This document shows, piece after piece, positions 62,525 to 64,000 of a stretch of DNA of 64,000 bases. How positions within the stretch are numbered: the stretch's first letter is position 1; each line of letters opens with the position of its first letter. The stretch is taken from positions 64,001 through 128,000 of the forward strand of contig CAVPCR010000003.1 in assembly GCA_963702435.1 (NCBI GenBank), written 5' to 3'. Position numbers and translations under genes: made by a program. The notes under the pieces are model-generated. The model searched no databases. It had not been told where the DNA came from and saw only the letters and a list, made by a program, of their open reading frames with translations. This DNA is from Candidatus Eiseniibacteriota bacterium. Its GTDB lineage: Bacteria; Eisenbacteria; RBG-16-71-46; CAVPCR01.

Positions 62525-63652
62525 TCAGGATTTCTCGAGCGCCGCGCCGAGCGCCGCGAGCAGGCGGTCGTTCTCGGTCCGGATGCCGACCGTGATCCGC
62601 ACGTAGGCGGGCGGCAACCGGAAGTGCCCCATCGGCCGCACGATCACGCCGCGCCGCTCGAGCTCCTTGCAGACAGGTCCGGCGTCGGCGACCGGCAGCT
62701 TGACGAGGAGAAAGTTGGCCTGACTCGGCACCACCTCTACGCCGAGCGCGCCGAACTTCTCGGTCAAGTAGGCCTTGCCCTCCTCGTTCACGCGCACCGA
62801 GCGCTCGATCTGCCCCGGGTCGTCGAGGCTCGCGATCGCGGCCACCTGCGCCAGCGTCGTCACGTTGAAGGGCATGCGCACGCGGTTCAGGAGCCCCGCG
62901 GTCTCGGGGAGGGTGAGCGCATACCCGATGCGGAGAGCGGCGAGCGAGTAGATCTTCGAGAAGGTGCGGAGGATCACGACGTGGCGGCCCGCCTTCAGGT
63001 AGTCGAGCGTGCGCGGATACTCGGGGTGCTGCACATACTCGTGATACGCCTCGTCGAAGACGACGAGCACGTCGGGCGGCACCTTCGCCATCAGCTCCGC
63101 GACCGCGTCGCGCGTCACCATGGTGCCGGTCGGGTTGTTCGGATTGCAGACGAAGACCATCCTGGTCCGGGGTCCGATCGCGGCGGCCATGGCCGCGAGG
63201 TCGTGCGTGAAGTCGACGCACGGGACGGCGACCGACTCGCCCCCGGTCACCTGGACCGCGGGCCGGTACATCGGGAAGGTGGGATCGGCCAGCACCGCCT
63301 GGTCGCCGGGCCCGATGAAGACATGGGCGAGAAGCTCGATCAGCTCGTTCGAGCCCGAGCCGACCACGATCTGGTCGCGCTCCACGCCGTGGATCTCGGC
63401 GAGGCGCCCGCGAAGCTCGAAGGAGGTGCCTTCGGGATAGCGGTTCAGGTCGCCGAGCGCGCCGAGGATGGCCTCGCGCGCCCTGGGCGACGGGCCGAGC
63501 GGGTTCTCGTTCGAGGCGAGCTTGATCGCGTCGCGCACGCCGAGCTCGCGCTCGAGCACGGAGAGCGGTTTGCCGGGGACATAGGGCGCGAGGTTCTGGA
63601 CCTCGCGGCGAGGAACAATCACGGCAGTCGAAGCCAGGTTCTTCGTGCTCAC
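62525..63652 (-). CDS. hisC: Histidinol-phosphate aminotransferase
   Basis: KLASNENPLG, NPNNPTG, DEAY, RTFSKIYSLAALRIGY. Confidence 0.95.
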   Translation of the reverse strand: MSTKNLASTAVIVPRREVQNLAPYVPGKPLSVLERELGVRDAIKLASNENPLGPSPRAREAILGALGDLNRYPEGTSFELRGRLAEIHGVERDQIVVGSGSNELIELLAHVFIGPGDQAVLADPTFPMYRPAVQVTGGESVAVPCVDFTHDLAAMAAAIGPRTRMVFVCNPNNPTGTMVTRDAVAELMAKVPPDVLVVFDEAYHEYVQHPEYPRTLDYLKAGRHVVILRTFSKIYSLAALRIGYALTLPETAGLLNRVRMPFNVTTLAQVAAIASLDDPGQIERSVRVNEEGKAYLTEKFGALGVEVVPSQANFLLVKLPVADAGPVCKELERRGVIVRPMGHFRLPPAYVRITVGIRTENDRLLAALGAALEKS

Positions 63653-64000
63653 CTCGAGCCACTCCCTGTGGGGATAGGGATTTCGGTCGGGTCGCGGCGG
63701 CACCGGGCGGTGGGTCGCCCGCGCGTCGCGCCCCGGGCATGGTAGAGAAGGTGCGGCGGGGAAGCAAGCCGGGCGGGCGGCTGCCAGGGCCGTCCGCGAG
63801 GAGTAGCATGGAAGGGCCGTGTGCCGTGCGGGCCCGGCGGAGGTCGCCATGGTGGCTGCCGCCTCCGCGGTTTGGCGGCGCCGGAGGGAGGAGCGAGGCC
63901 GTGGCGCACGACACTCGGCTGACCTGGCGCGTTCGCCCGGGCACCCGGCGCACAGCACGGGTGGTCGCCGGTCTCTGCGCCGTCGTGGTCGGAACGTGGT

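Overview
The window looks like two genomes joined at about position 1686. Positions 1-1686 are visibly lower in GC and Anaerolineae-like (inference). They hold a frameshifted DDE transposase sitting in a TIR-domain gene, and a membrane-protein gene with a LexA-type box in its promoter. Positions 1686-64000 are very GC-rich and come from an uncultured FCB-type bacterium (Eisenbacteria/Latescibacteria-like, inferred from FlgD-Ig C-terminal domains and a TWGGVK tail). Most genes there are minus-strand housekeeping genes: hisC, aroA, cmk-plsC, rpsA, mutS, mutL, miaA, der, surE, pcm, an RpoS-like sigma factor, apt, infC-rpmI-rplT, zapA, 6S RNA, ymdB, folD and xseA, plus five tRNAs. The main find is an 11.7 kb integrative, phage-satellite-like element (14703-26461) in tRNA-Arg(CCT) in the reverse of the usual geometry: it duplicates the 5' half of the tRNA. 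The integrase 3' end encodes the arm-type sites, a candidate replacement tRNA promoter and the first tRNA bases. The element also carries xis, a primase/DUF3987 replication gene, paired inverted iteron-like repeats, a resolvase-ParA-RHH module, a terminase-small-subunit-like HTH gene and a secreted FG-GAP/RCC1 cargo. Many frameshifts, including in rpsA and aroA, suggest long-read indel errors, so pseudogene calls are provisional. All calls come from reading the sequence by eye; no searches were run.
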